NCBI GenBank assembly: GCA_038087875.1
Contig: CM075995.1
Location: forward strand, 10,976,001-11,040,000
Reading direction: 5' to 3'
From: Malacoraja senta
Taxonomy: Eukaryota
Length of the DNA: 64,000 nucleotides
The position numbers and the translations under genes were made by a program. The notes beneath the pieces were generated by a model. It was not told the origin of the DNA, searched no databases, and saw only the letters and a program-made list of their open reading frames with translations. Shown here piece after piece: positions 1 to 12,834 of the stretch (the stretch's first letter is position 1; every line of letters begins with the position of its first letter).

Positions 1-636
1 CTGGCGGCCTCCAACTGGGACCGACCTCGAGGCTCCGGAGGCAGAGCCAGCCAGGACTTACCAACGCGAGGCTGGCCGACTTCGGTGCTGTGGTGGCGTT
101 GCGGCGGTGGGCCGACTTTAGGGCTGTGGCGGTGTTCCGGCGGCGGCGGCCCGACTTCGGGGCTGTGGCGGCGTTCCGGCGATGGTGACCCGACTTCGGA
201 ACCTCGGAGGGTCGGCCGTGGGCCCAGTGGACGACATTGCTTTCAGGTCACAGGTTGGTGACCTGTGTTTTCGGAGCTCCCGCAACAACGGCTTCGTCCG
301 CTGGACTGGATGGCGGCAGCTTCGACCGCCCCGGGCCGCGGAGATTGAATCAGCCCGTTCGCGGAGCTCGGTTTCAGCCGCGGGACTGACTTACTTACCA
401 TCACCCACAACATCGAAAGCCGAGATTGCCTCAGCGCAGAGGGAGACAAGGAGGGAAGAGACAAGGACTTTAAGACTTTTGCCTTCCATCACAGTGAGGA
501 GGTGCCTGGTGGACTCACTGTGGTGGATGTTAAATTTGTGTTTATTGTGTGTTTTGTTATTTTATTCTATGTTATGACTGCAAAGCACGAAATTTCGTTC
601 AGACCGAAAGGTCTGAATGACAATAAAGGATACTTA
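1..636 (+). mobile_element. GC-rich non-coding retroposon-like repeat with Rex1-type 3' tail (left end outside window)
   Basis: ~30-bp tandem units (ccgacttcggggctgtggcggcg) at ~75-200. Ends in aatttcgTTCAGACC-gaaa-GGTCTGAAtgacaataaa, the same tail layout as the Rex1 copy at 31153. Confidence 0.55.
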
Positions 637-646
637 TATTTACTTA

Positions 647-1296
647 TAGAAAGCGAATGGCATGTTGGCCTTTATAACACGAGGAATCGAATATAGGAGC
701 AAAGAGGTCCTTCTGCACTTGTACAGAGCCCTAGTGAGACCACACCGAGTATTGTGTGCAGTTTTGGTCCCCTAATTTGAGGAAGGACATCCTTGCTATT
801 GAGGGAGTGCAGCGTAGGTTTACAAGGCTAATTCCCGGGATGGCGGAACTGTCATATGCTGAGAGAATGGAGCAGCTGGGCTTGTACACTCTGGAGTTTA
901 GAAGGATGAGAGGATATCTTATTGAAACATATAAGATTGTTAAGGGCTTGGACATGCTAGAGGCAGGGAACAAGTTCCCGATTTTGGGGGAGTCCAGAAC
1001 CAGGGGCCACAGTTTAAGAATAAGAGGTAAGCCATTTAGAACGGAGACAAGGAAACACTTTTTAATCACAGAGAGTGGTGAGTCTGTGGAATTCTCTGCC
1101 TCAGAGGGCAGTGGAGGCCGGTTCTCTGGATACTTTCAAGAGAGAGCTAGATAGGGCTTCTTAACGATAGTGAAGTCAGGGGACATAGGGAGAAGGCAGG
1201 AACGAGGTACTGATTAGGGATGATCAGCAATGATCACATTGAATGGTGGTGCTAGCTTGAAGGGTCGAATAGCCTACTCCTGCACCTATTGTCTAT
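647..1296 (+). mobile_element. CR1 LINE, 5'-truncated 3' fragment
   Basis: ORF 756-1154 QFWSPNLRKDILAIEGVQRRFTRLIPG...TRGHSL (CR1 ORF2 C-terminus). 3' UTR ends cctactcctgcacctattgtctatt. Confidence 0.9.
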
Positions 1297-2548
1297 TGGA
1301 AGCAAAGGCTGGAGGGGTGAAAGGAGAAACAGGAACTATTCTTGTTCCATCTGCGAGGTGTGGGCAGGTTGGTGGAAAAAACATGAGTAGAACTATGGGA
1401 CACATAGTTCCATGTGAGGGAGCCATCTATGACAGAAGATGGAAACCTATGTTTACTAAAGAAAGAGGGCATCTCGGATATCCTGGAATGGAAAATCTTG
1501 TTTGAGAGCAGGATGGAAGTTAGTGAACTCATTGAAATCCACGAGTTCTGGACAGGTAACGGAAGCAGTCCTCATGCAGTTGTCGAAGTAACGGAGAAAA
1601 AGATGGGTCATAGGGTCATTGTGTGCCTGAAAAAAAGATTGTTTGATGTAACCGACAAAAGGGCAGGTATAGCCGGGGGCCACACCATTCACTTGGAGGA
1701 AGTGAGGCCGAGTCAAAAGAAAAGTTGTTGAGGGGGTAGACAAATTCAGCCAAGCGGAGAAGAGCGTTAATAGAGGGATATTGAATGGGTCACTGTGGGA
1801 GGAAGAAACAATGGGCCGACGTCTTCCTTGTGGGGATGGAGGTGTAAGGGGATTGGACATCCATTGTGAAGATGAGGCAATGGGGGTCTAGAAATTGAAA
1901 GTTATTAAAGAGTTGAAGAGGTATGAGGTGTTTTGGATGTAGGTGGGATGGACTGAACCAGGGGGGGATAGGATGGAATCAAGTTCTTTGGAGACGAGTT
2001 TAGCGAGGTAGGAGCAGGCATGGATACTAGGTCTACCGGGGCAGTCCTGTTTGTGGATTTAGGGGAGGAGATAGAAGTGGGCGATGCAGGGCTGGGGAAC
2101 AGTAAGGTTGGAGGATGTGGAGGGAAGATCGCCAGAGTTTGGGAGATTGTGTTTGTCTGTGGGCTCATTGTCAAGGGAGAGGTAAGAGGAGGTGCCTGAG
2201 AGCTGGTGCCTGAGGTCAGCCTGCCAGATTACAACAGCACCTCCCTTGTCTGAGCAGAGGGTTGTGAGTTCAGAGGGGGTGAGGTTGGAGTATCAGAGGG
2301 GAATTGAGCAGTCAAGACAGTTCAAGTTGCACTGGCAGTTGAAAATAAAAAGGTCCAGAGCGGGGAGAAGGTCAGAACAGAGAGATCCAAGGAGGGGTAG
2401 ACGACGGAATAAGAGCTCTACATCATGGCTGGCCCGGAAATTGTTGAGGTGGCAGCGGAAGGGTATACCGGTGGACTGCCCGTGCTGTATCGGAAAGAGG
2501 GAGGTCAGGGGTGATTGTGAAAACATGACAGGGTTGAGAGCTTGGGCC
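1297..2548 (-). mobile_element. Penelope-like element, degenerate RT fragment
   Basis: Minus-strand peptides HLNNFRASHDVELLFRRL and HFLQVNGVA..GYTCPFVGY..LFLRYFDNC resemble vertebrate Penelope RT. Frameshifted. Confidence 0.8.
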
Positions 2549-2657
2549 ATCTTTCTACTCAGTTCATTAACAGGCGGCTCTTCCGAGTGTGATCACCGAA
2601 AGGTTTTTACTGCCCTTCCAAACACATATTATAGTTTAAATCAATGCACAAAAGTAC

Positions 2658-2757
2658 CTGTGCCCATCTTTATTCTTCAAGTTGATGGCTCTTCCATCTC
2701 TTTGGATTTCCAGTTGCTGCAGTATCCAGCGATTGCCAACATAAACATAGGTGGCAT
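2658..2757 (-). other. Possible isolated 100-bp coding exon of unknown gene or pseudogene
   Basis: Acceptor cttaatccattccctacacAG and donor cag|GTactt. Only one frame is open: (D)ATYVYVGNRWILQQLEIQRDGRAINLKNKDGH(R). Product not recognised. Confidence 0.3.
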
Positions 2758-2867
2758 CTGTGTAGGGAATGGATTAAGAGTTGTTTCAGGCCAGGGTTCT
2801 ACTTCAATAGGAAGGAATTGCAGATGCAGTTGTCTTTGCAAAACGCCAAATGATTCCGGGAATGCCG

Positions 2868-2952
2868 AGGGGAGTGGGAGGGGGAGAGAGGGAGAGGGAG
2901 GGAGAGAGGGGGAGGGGGGCAGAGAGAGGGAGAGAGGGAGAGAGAGGGAGAA
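2868..2952. repeat. GA-rich simple repeat
   Basis: (gagagg)n-like purine run, followed by a short CR1 tail at ~2955-3008. Confidence 0.85.
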
Positions 2953-3633
2953 AATGGCAGTGCTGGCTCGAGGGGCCGAATGGCCTACTCCTGCACCTAT
3001 TGTCTATCTCAATGCATTGCGATTTATGAAAAAGTAACAAAATATAATAATGATGGCTGTTTTGGAGATGTGGTCAGAGCTCTCACTTAACCTTTTTTCT
3101 CTGTTGCCAGCCTGGCAACCTTGACAGCTTTTTAGGTTGCCAAATGACAGTTTAGGTGGTCATTTAGGATGGTTTGCATGACGCGTGCGATAATGTGCTC
3201 GGACGAAGTGCGTAGTTACCAGTCGGAATTATGCTCAATGAAGCATTCACATATTATGTTCCCCTTACAATAGACCTTCCAAAATGCAACCCTTTCATTT
3301 GCTCCAATTAAACACCATCTGCCATTTCTCCATCCATTTGTGTGGCTGATCTGTATCCTGCTGTATACTTTCACAGCCTTCTTCACTGACCACAACTTCG
3401 GAGTTGTTGCTGCCAAGGGTCGCTCAGGGGCCTTGGGAGAGGTCGTCTCTCCACGAGGAAGTGCTGCCCGTCCACATTTCACAAGCAACTACACAACCGA
3501 CTGTTTGCCTGTTGGGCCATCGGCTCCTTTCCCAATTGTCAGTTTGTGGGAGCCGCGTTCTGCTGGAGGTGAAGCAGAAGTTTCTCAACCTGACGCAACG
3601 GTTGTGGGAGGGACGGTGAGGGAGTGCCACGCT

Positions 3634-5355
3634 GTTTTGTTTTATAATACCAATAATTTTATTCATAAAATAAAAATAAACATACAGAGTATTAACACGA
3701 TCAAAGGCTACCTATGTTGACAGTTTACAAACAAACGGTCATCAGATTAATATACCGCAACTTTATCAACAATACACTCGACCAGCGTTCACGGAAGGCT
3801 TCCAGAGTCCTCGTGGACACCGTGTGTTCTCTGTCCAGGGACACGCGGGCACGGACATAGGCCCGGAAAAGGGGCAGGCAGCCAATCCCGGTGCGGCCGT
3901 CGACCACCCGCTGCCTGGACCCGCGAATGGCCATCTTGGCCAGGCCCAGGAGCAGACCGACAGGGAGATCCCCCCTCCTCCCAACGGACCCCTCTGTACC
4001 AGGTGCCAAAATATCAGGTGTGTGGGGCTAAAATGTAGCCAATACTTGAGGAGCAGCCCCTTCGTGGACTTCGGGAGCCGTGGTCTACTGGGAGGAGGTG
4101 GCCGCTCCAGACACTCCGGACCGCCAAGAGTGTTCACCCGATGCCAGAATTCCATCATCTTTATTTGTGTGCTGCATGGCAAGTCAAATTTCACTGCACC
4201 AGTTGGTGTATGTGACAATAAATGTTTATCTATCTATCTATCTTCAGAGTCGAAGAGGGGCTGCAACCTCTCACACAGCATGTAGACGTGGAGCACGGTC
4301 TCTTCGTCGCCGCCGAAGTGACAGGCTGCTGGCGAGTCCGTGAACCGGCTCAAGTACCTGTTACAGGCCACAGCCATGTGCAACACTCTCCACCCCAGGT
4401 CCCTGGTGTAAAGGGGGAGGACTCCCCTATAGAGAGACCTCCACTGGGGATTGCTCCCGCCGTCTGGTGGTAACACGGGCCGCCAGGGCGCGTCAGGATG
4501 GAAGACGAGGGTGAAGAAGTGTATAGTGTACAGGAGCAGCCTGTACAGTACGCGCCTCTCAGCGTCACGGAACGGCACGCTGGGCATCTCGGAAAGGCGG
4601 CTCATGTTGCTATAAGCAATTCCGACGGAGCGGGGGTAAGCTCGATCGGAATCGCTCCACGCACACGCCTCTCCTCGATACCCACCGTGACAGGGTGAGG
4701 ACCGGCCACTCTCACAGCCACAACAGCCCCCTCCCACCGAGGAACAGCGCCCTGGCTGTAGGTGACCAAATTGCTGGCTTTAATAAATCACGTTAAAAGC
4801 CAGGCAGCTCCCGCCCAGCGCGTCGACTGATTCCCGCTACTGGGAGCTGTGTGCCCTCCTGGAGGCAGCGCCCCTGGCGGAAAAAGTACGTCGCCAGCGC
4901 GTGCCATCTAGGAGGTCACTCGGAATACATGAACCTCCGCAGTGTCCCGAGACGGAAAGCCGCCACCTAGGTACGGACGCAAACCAGCGCCTGACCGCCG
5001 TCCTCCAATGGGACACTCAGAACCCCAGCAGAGACCCAATGATTCCTCTCTCCCCAGAAGAAGTTGACCAACCTCCTCTGGATCATGGTGACAACAATAG
5101 GAGAAGGGACCAGAGTGGCCAGCCAGTACCACAACATAGAGGCCACCAGCTGGTTTATGGCCAATGCTCTCCCCCGGTAAGAGAGCACACCAAGGAGGCC
5201 TGACCAGTGCCCTAGCCGGGCGACGACTTTCGTCCCCAGCTCCTGCCAGTTCGCCGGCCAAGCCCCCTTAGAGGGGCTCAGGCAGACCCCCAGGTAGAGG
5301 AGGTGCGTGGTGCTCCAAGCATAAGGTGTCATCGCATATGGCAGGGAGTTCACCG
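3634..5355 (-). mobile_element. Tx1-clade LINE, 5'-truncated ORF2 C-terminus
   Basis: LSYRGRALAINQLVASMLWY..FFW..HWVSAGVLSVPLEDGGQAL and DLGWRVLH..CHFGGDEETVLHVYMLCERL (Cys/His knuckle). A-rich 3' end near 3640. Confidence 0.85.
4064..4241 (+). mobile_element. Short non-coding insertion with Rex1-type tail and (TATC)n end, inside Tx1
   Basis: Interrupts Tx1 codons (LQPLFDS|KGLLLKYW). Flanked by cttc (4060-4063, 4242-4245). Tail aatttcacTGCACCAgtTGGTGTAtgtgacaataaa. Confidence 0.75.
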
Positions 5356-5943
5356 ATAGACCGTCAGCCCAGAGACATTAGGTTAGACGAACTAGGTACC
5401 AATTTCTGACTATGGGAGTGTGTAGGGGATCACCTGAAATGAACGGAATTGGGAGTCTGCCGGGTACCACCCGCTGCGTGTAGGCCTGGGGGACCCCCCA
5501 AGAGGCCAACAAATGGGTGCTAAATAGATGAGTGAGGTACCACTTGAAACCACCACCATGGTGTGCTCACTGCCACGCTTATATCAACAACACAAATGGC
5601 AGACATTTTTCCCGCTGCAAAAGGCCAGCCAGCCCCCCTCAAAAATAATGCCAAATTAACAAGTTGAGTTCATAGACTACAAAATGGGTTACGGCAGACA
5701 AATAGTCCGCTGCACTACAGGTACCAGACATCCCAAAAATGGACACCCTAGACCCTGCTGTCCAACTAGGCTAGCCTAGATATTGTGGATACCAACTAAA
5801 ATCAAGTTTAAATGATCTATCACAGCGTGGGGAATATAAATTGACCTATGACAGAACAATTATCTGCTGCATTGGGCCTACCAGAACCCCTAAATGAGCC
5901 CTTGGACCAATCTCGACTAGCCTAGATATTAAAGGTACCAGCT

Positions 5944-8900
5944 AAAATAGTAAGATTAAACGAGAACTTACCAGTTTGAAGTTTGATCTTTATTTTATGA
6001 GGAATTACGTTGGTGATTACGTGAAGAAGACCCGTCAGGGCGCCTGCGTGTCAATCTTCAAAGCAGCGGTGTGAAATCACAAACAACAAGAATGAAGTAA
6101 TATAGTAACCTAATAAAATGAGTAAATTAAGAACTTCCATCTGACCTTTATGAAAGAGGGTTGGGCCGTGGTGGGCACGTAATCACCAACGTAACTCCTC
6201 ATAAAATAAACATCAAATTTCAAACTGGTAAGTTCTCGTTTAATCTTACTATTTTACTTCGGAGTCACGTGAGTGACTACGTGAAGATTTTAAAGCTTTG
6301 TGATTTCATGCCGCAGATACAAATCCCAGCTTCTCACTGCATTGATTGACTCGGAACGAGAAATAATCAATAATGCATTAATAATGACATTTGCATGACA
6401 AATGCAGTAATTCATTTATTTGAATAAAATAATTAACAGTATCCCCTTTAACCCAGGGAAATTTAAGCAGAACTTAATATAGTATCTGCAAACAGCCCCG
6501 TATTGGCAATAGGCCGATGGTAAAAGTGTTGAAACACCTACTTATTAGATCACCCGGCGGCTGCGAAAATATGGTCGACGGGACGTCCTTTGCCCTGGTC
6601 GCCAATATTGCTGCTAAATCGAATGGGATGTAAAACATCAATGTTCACACCTGCAGCAACCAAACTTGTTTTAACCATCTTAAAATAGTCTGAACTGACA
6701 CTATCTTGTATGTTTTTGCATGAATGATAAACAATCTTGTTTTCATATTTCATAAGACCTTTGTAGCCTCAATGTATTGCAACAAATATCTTAACACATA
6801 GACATGGATCCATGGAATATGCTAATAAAACACTCTTGAATCCTGTCACACCTGATCCTACTTCATTTGAGTAGGTCATAAAATGTAAAACACAACAAAA
6901 TCCTGAGGTACTTCCATCCTGTGTATCTGTAACTTTTGTAATGTATGCACTCTCTGACTACCTTCATGCTGAACTTGGCCAAATCAGAATCGTACCAAGA
7001 GTCCATTGATGAAGTAGCTTAAAACAACTCTATATTCCAGATTCTCATCGTAGGTTTAGAAGGTCTGGAATCAAAATTCCTTTCATTAATCTGGAAATGA
7101 AAGAACGAGACTCAACAGGATGTCTTTCCAACCCCATCAATAAAAAACGAGGATAACGTACTTCTGGCTGAATAAATCGCACTATAACTCAACCCCTCAA
7201 ATAGAGTGTTGAGAAAACCCAAGACATTTGAGACATGTGCCGTACAACATTCCATATTCTTTTATGCACAGAAATGTTTTCCTCATTCTTTACATAATGG
7301 GAAAGCAGCATTTACAGAGTCACAACCTCAGATTCGCAAATGTACTGCTTTTGAGTACTCTTCCCCCAGACTGCTGTAAGCATGTCCACAGTATGCCCAG
7401 ATAATCTCCTTTTTAAAACCTGCAAATTAACAGATCCATACAGGCATATAACGGACGTTATTCTCCAATTATCGGATACAACAGTAACTCCCTTCTTTTG
7501 GGAACCTTTATCAGAAACAGTGTCATAAATTCCAATATCAAAGGGAACCATGTAGACCAGTCTTGTACCACCAGTACCCCAGAGGCAGCACCCTGCTTCA
7601 TTTTAAGCAGACACCGGTTTATAAGACAGAATGATGGAAAATGCATATCAAAACATACCACCCTAATGTAGCGAGAAACATCAATCGCTACTGTCTCCCG
7701 ATGTAGTTCCCATAACACATATCTATGTAACTGGTGATTGAGTCTGGATGGAAACAAGTCGTATCTGGCTTCCCAAATCTGACTATTATATCATTAAAAT
7801 CTTAAGGTTCAACATCCATTCTTAGTTATCATGGAAATTCTCGTAACCTGGTGTCTGCTACTATATTGAATCTACCTGGTAGATAAATAGCTGAAACCAA
7901 ATATTTGTCAACACACCAAGTCCAGATTTGATTAGGCAATTTGTCATATGACACCAACTTAATTCCACCCATACAATTAATACATGCCATTGCTGTAGTG
8001 TTGTTAATATGAAGCTAAACATGCAGATTAGTTGTATTTAACAACAAGCTTGGAGCTCATAAGCCTTCCAATAGCTGTAAAACGTCGATTCTCCATGTCT
8101 GCAAAATAATACTTCTTCCATATTCCATCTGTCCACAGATGGATACCTTTTCAGTGGCACCAATCCTAGTGCACTGACATCAGTCTGTAAGACCATGGAA
8201 GGCTGTTCAATCAGTATCTTGCTTGAACTACTGGAGACATGTTAAATCCACCACTCCAATCAGAAGCAGCATTTGTTGTTTAACTGCATGGCCTATCAAA
8301 AATGGCCACCATGCATCTTAGTGCCTTTTCTTTTTGCAGTCTGTAGCTGCTGGTAGTACAATGGCCCATATTGTATTGCTGGAAATAACACTAATTTCCC
8401 TAGCAAGCTGGCCACCTGTCTTAATTGAAGATTGTTGCTTTTCCAACAGCTTAATGCAACCATCAATTAGCTCTACCCTTTACCCTGTCAATTGAATCAA
8501 TTGAAGCCTAACTGGGTCCCCTGCTAAGTGCGAAGAATTTACCACATTTTTCACCAGCAAGGTAAAAAACATAAGAACGAATATTTCCCCTCCCACCCGT
8601 GACCTGGCTGTCTCATTGGTCTGCTCTTCAGAATTAGACTGTTTCCAACCCATTACTCCACCCTTCCTTGTAAAACTGATCACCACCATGAAACCTACTA
8701 CCTTCCCCCTCGACACTGTCCCCTCTGCCCTCCTAAAGGACGTCATTACAACAACTGGTCCCAGCATCCTCGCCATCTTCAACAGCTCTCTGGCCACTGG
8801 CACTCTACCTACCTGCTTCAAGCATGCGATGGTCCAGCCACTCCTGAAAAAACCTAACCTCGACCCCACCTTGCCAAGCAACTACAGACCCATTTCTGAA

Positions 8901-11900
8901 CTGCATTTCATCTCAAAAGCCCTTGAAAAGGTGATTTTAAGTCAACTTACACCTTACCTTCACCAAAACACTATCTTGGAAACTTTCCAATCAGGTTTCA
9001 GGGCTCACCATAGCACAGAGTCTGCCTTGTTGAAGGTACACAATGACCTACTGCTTACCGTTGACTCCGGCGACTGTGCAATTCTGCTCCTACTTGACCT
9101 CAGCGCAGCATTTGATACTGTCGACCACACCATCCTAATTGACCATATGGGGTTGGTATTGATGGCACTGCCCTGAGCTGGTTCATCTCCTATCTCAAAG
9201 GTAGGAGTTTCTCGACTAACATAGGCAACTCTTTCTCCTCCCCAGCTAATCTCTGCTGTGGGGTTCCACAAGGTTCCATCCTTGGCCCCATTCTCTTCTC
9301 CCTGTATATGCTCCCCTTAGGCCAAGTCATTGAAAGGCACGGCATTTCCTTCCATTGCTCCGCAGACGATACACATCTCTATCTCCCCCTGAAGCCCCCA
9401 AAACAATCAAATATGTTTAACCTTACCCACTGCTTCGAGGATATAAAGTGTTGGATGGCCCAGAGCTTCCTCCAACTAAACGAGAGTAAGTCTGAGGTCA
9501 TCCTTCTCGGCCCCTCGGACTCAATCAAAATGATAGCAATCAGCCTTGGAAGCCTTACCCCACTACTCAAACCTCACGTCAAAAACCTTGGCGTGATATT
9601 TGACTCAGCACTGATATTTGACAAACAAGTCACTGCCGTGGTAAAAGCTAGCTTCTTTCAGCTTCGGACGATAGCTAAAATAAAACAATTCCTCCAGTTT
9701 GATGACCTTGAAAAGATCATCCACACATTCATCTCCTCCTGCCTAGATTACTGCAGCTCCCTTTACACTGGCATCAGCCAATCTTCCCTCTCCCGCCTGC
9801 AACTGGTCCAAAAGCGAGACTCCTGACGGGCACCCGAAAAAGGGACCACATCACCCCGATCCTGGGCTCTCTCCACTGGCTCCCTGTGCGGTTCCATATA
9901 AACTTCAAGATCCTCCTCCATGTCTACAAAGCCCACAACGGGCTTGCCCCACCTACACAAAAAGTCTTCTCACCCACCACTCCACCTCCAGGCCCCTCAG
10001 ATAGGCCGACGAGGTTGCTGAATATCCCACGGTCTAGGCATTAGCTCAGGGGCGACCGCGCCTTTGCGGTTGCAGCCCCTAGACTGTGGAACAGCATCCC
10101 CATTCCCATCAGAACTGCCCCCTCCATCAACTCTTTTAAGTCAAGACTAAAGACTTAGCTATACTCCCAAGCCTTTCCAGACGTCCTCTGAGTGAGGGCA
10201 ACATGTATATATGTATGTAGTTTGTTTTGTTTGTGCTATTCTTATAACAAATGTAAAGCACTTTGCCCAACGAGAGTTGTTTTTAAAATGTGCTATATAC
10301 CTGTAAGTAAATGTGACTTGACTTGAATTGTGAAATTAAAATAAGCAATTGTTGTAAGTGGCGTTAACCTTAATTTCTCTCTGGATGAATTAAACCCAAC
10401 TTTCAAAAGTGGATTGAACAATTGAGAGAGATAACTCACTAATTCTCTTGTTCGTCCTAATTAGGACATCATCCAGTTAAGTTATCAACATCTGTCCTTG
10501 GACTCTAATTAGCCCCAAAATTGGTTTTACCAATTTAGTGAAATTCTAGGAACTGAAGTTAACCCATTAGACAGAACTTTGAATTGCCATAATTGTTCAT
10601 TCAGATAAATTTCAAATATTGTTATCTTACAAATGAACAGACACTAAGTAATATACATCGTTCAGATCTATAAGTGCCATATAACATCTTTTGAAATAAG
10701 CTGTTTGGCAGTCTCAAAGTCTCCATTTTGAAGTGTCTATACATGCTGGATGGCAAATCACTAATTGGATCGAAGCAATTCGAAACCTTTGAATAATACT
10801 TAGAATAAATCTGAAGTAATTTGTTTCCAATATTTGGCTGTTTTTGCCTTAATATGTTCCCATGAGAACCAGGTCCACCTACCTCCTTTGTCACCTGAGT
10901 GACCTGTGGTCCATGGCTCCTGGCAGGAAAAACCCACGCTTATTCATTTTCCTGCTGCAGGACACCAACTGCGCCCCTGCTTCAATGGTCGATTTGTTCC
11001 TGGTGTAGGCCCAGGATTTTGTATGATGTCTGAAAGGATACCTTCTCTTTGCAGACTTGCCGACCCTTGATGTTTTGATCAACCTTGCTGTTTTTGCCTC
11101 ATCATCCAACTCGTTCCCATGTTTCGTGAGGTTTGTTCTCTGAAGAGTAAGTTGAATTGCTGCACATTGCTGGGCTTTACAGAGTTGCTGCAACTTGGGG
11201 TTGATGGTGGACCCAATGGCATACTTCCTATAACAATTCATCTCGAAGTGGGCGCTACATAGCAACCCTAGTGCCACTTGATGCATCTCCATCCCTGGCC
11301 TCCATCCATTGCTTTTGCAAAATTGCAGTTGTTCATCAACCCAGCAGCTTCATATTTATCTCTGGAGTTTACTTTTCTTAGGCTCACATGCCCTTGCCCA
11401 TCTGACCCCTAATATCTTGGTTCACTGCTAGTACTTTCAGCAATACGCAGTTCGTTGGGGTCTCGTGCTTTTTTGGCATTTTCATCCATCGTAAGCTACT
11501 AGAGGTGATGGAAGACACATTAGTTGATCGCAGAGGCCACTTCCTTTCCCAGTGGCTCGCCTGACTCTGACGGGGCAACGAATCGTACTGCCAGGAGTAA
11601 AACATCTGGCAGCTGCCTTCTTCGCTTGTATCGGCCTCACCGTCAGATTCAGGGTCAGAACTCTCACAGAGCAGCAAATCGTACTACCAGGAATAGAACA
11701 TCTGGCAGCAGCCATCTTCGCTTGTATTGGAAACTCTGCTGACCCTGTGTACGCGCCTCATCAATGAGGGTGCTCTTAAACAGCCTCTTGCTAGGTGCTG
11801 CTGACTTGGCTTCTGGAGCCTGGCTTTGGGTATACTCTTCCCTGAGTGTGTTTTTCTCCAGTAACCTGTGTAACAGGCTTTTCATCTGAGAAATCCACTC

Positions 11901-12119
11901 AAAAGCGGTATCCAGCCCTGGAGTCGCATCCTCCTGATCGGACTCCTCCGTGGGCCTCATGGACTTGCCTTTAGCCTTGCGCCCCACTGGCGCTGACTGA
12001 GTTCTTTTCAACCCCAAGTCCACAGTCAATACGCTCTCAGCCGGTGACTATACAGGGGTCTGAGGCAGCTGTTCGCCGACAGCAATCTTGCAACTTTCCA
12101 CGTTACTCCGAACTAAAAT
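5944..12119 (-). mobile_element. DIRS1-type YR retrotransposon, copy 1 (decayed, L2 inserted)
   Basis: Terminus 5944-6025 is inverted to 6175-6257 (ICR). Gag, RT, MT and YR remnants are homologous to copy 2. Other end cacgttactccgaactaaaat. Shared taaaat core, no TSD. Confidence 0.9.
8504..10325 (+). mobile_element. L2 LINE, 5'-truncated
   Basis: NYRPIS..QSGFRAHHSTESALLKV..LLDLSAAFDTVDH, FHCSADDT, LDYC. (gactt)n tail. TSD aattg (8499-8503, 10326-10330). Confidence 0.92.
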
Positions 12120-12191
12120 CAGGTTTAGATGATCAATCACAGCCTAGGAAATACAAAATCACCCATGTCAGAATGATAACCCATTGCCTTA

Positions 12192-12834
12192 AAGGCCTGT
12201 CTCACGGGTATGCGGTTACTGACAGTGAAGCAGGAAGTTTGGACCGCTCGTGGACCGCCAGAGACTGCGGGGTCGGTCCCACGCACACCGCCGGGACCAT
12301 GCGGTGTTGGTCCCAACACCGCCCGGTGCTCACAAAAAACCGACAATGTTAAAAAATGTTGTCCTACCGCACATCCGCCGCAAGTGCGACACGAGCACCG
12401 CCACAGCCACCGCCAGTGTGGCACGAGCACCGCCACAGCCACCGATAGTGCGCCGTTAGCGCCGTGAGCACCATTAGCACCGCCACAGCCGCTGCCAGTG
12501 CGGCACGTGTGTGGCACAAGCACCGCCACAGCCGCCGCCACAGCGCCACGATCACCACTAGCACCGCCACAGCCCCGCGATCCGAAATGATGTCATCGCG
12601 TAGCGCGTCGCATTGTGCGATGTTGTCATCACCCGACGCCGCGCGACGTCCTTTCGTAGTCGGCCCGGAAAGGTTTAATTTTTTACTTACCGCAAGCTCG
12701 TGGGACCGGCCGTACGGAGATCACACGGCCCCCGCGCGGCATACGCGCGGCTCTCTCGCGGTTGCCGTGTGGTCCCCTCTTCCGGCGACGCCGTGCTTCA
12801 CCGCCAGTAACCGCCTGCCGGTGGGACAGAGCCA
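12192..12834. mobile_element. PIF/Harbinger-like non-autonomous element (MITE)
   Basis: ~40-bp imperfect TIRs (aaggcctgtctcacgggtatgcggttactg / cagtaaccgcctgccggtgggacagagcca). TTA on both flanks. Internal gcaccgccacagcc repeats at ~12395-12575. Confidence 0.75.

Noticed and set aside
2192..3037. 281-aa plus-strand ORF
   Set aside because: It runs across antisense Penelope, a GA microsatellite and a CR1 tail, so it is a chance frame.
3076..3250. hAT-like MITE starting cagagctctcacttaac
   Set aside because: No partner TIR or TSD was found, so the call is too weak.
3600..3680. Site-specific Tx1 target (U2, tRNA, 5S)
   Set aside because: No RNA gene is recognisable at either flank.
12395..12575. 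Regularly spaced gcaccgccacagcc repeats resembling a CRISPR array
   Set aside because: The spacers are related to each other, the array sits inside a Harbinger MITE in eukaryotic DNA, and there are no cas genes.
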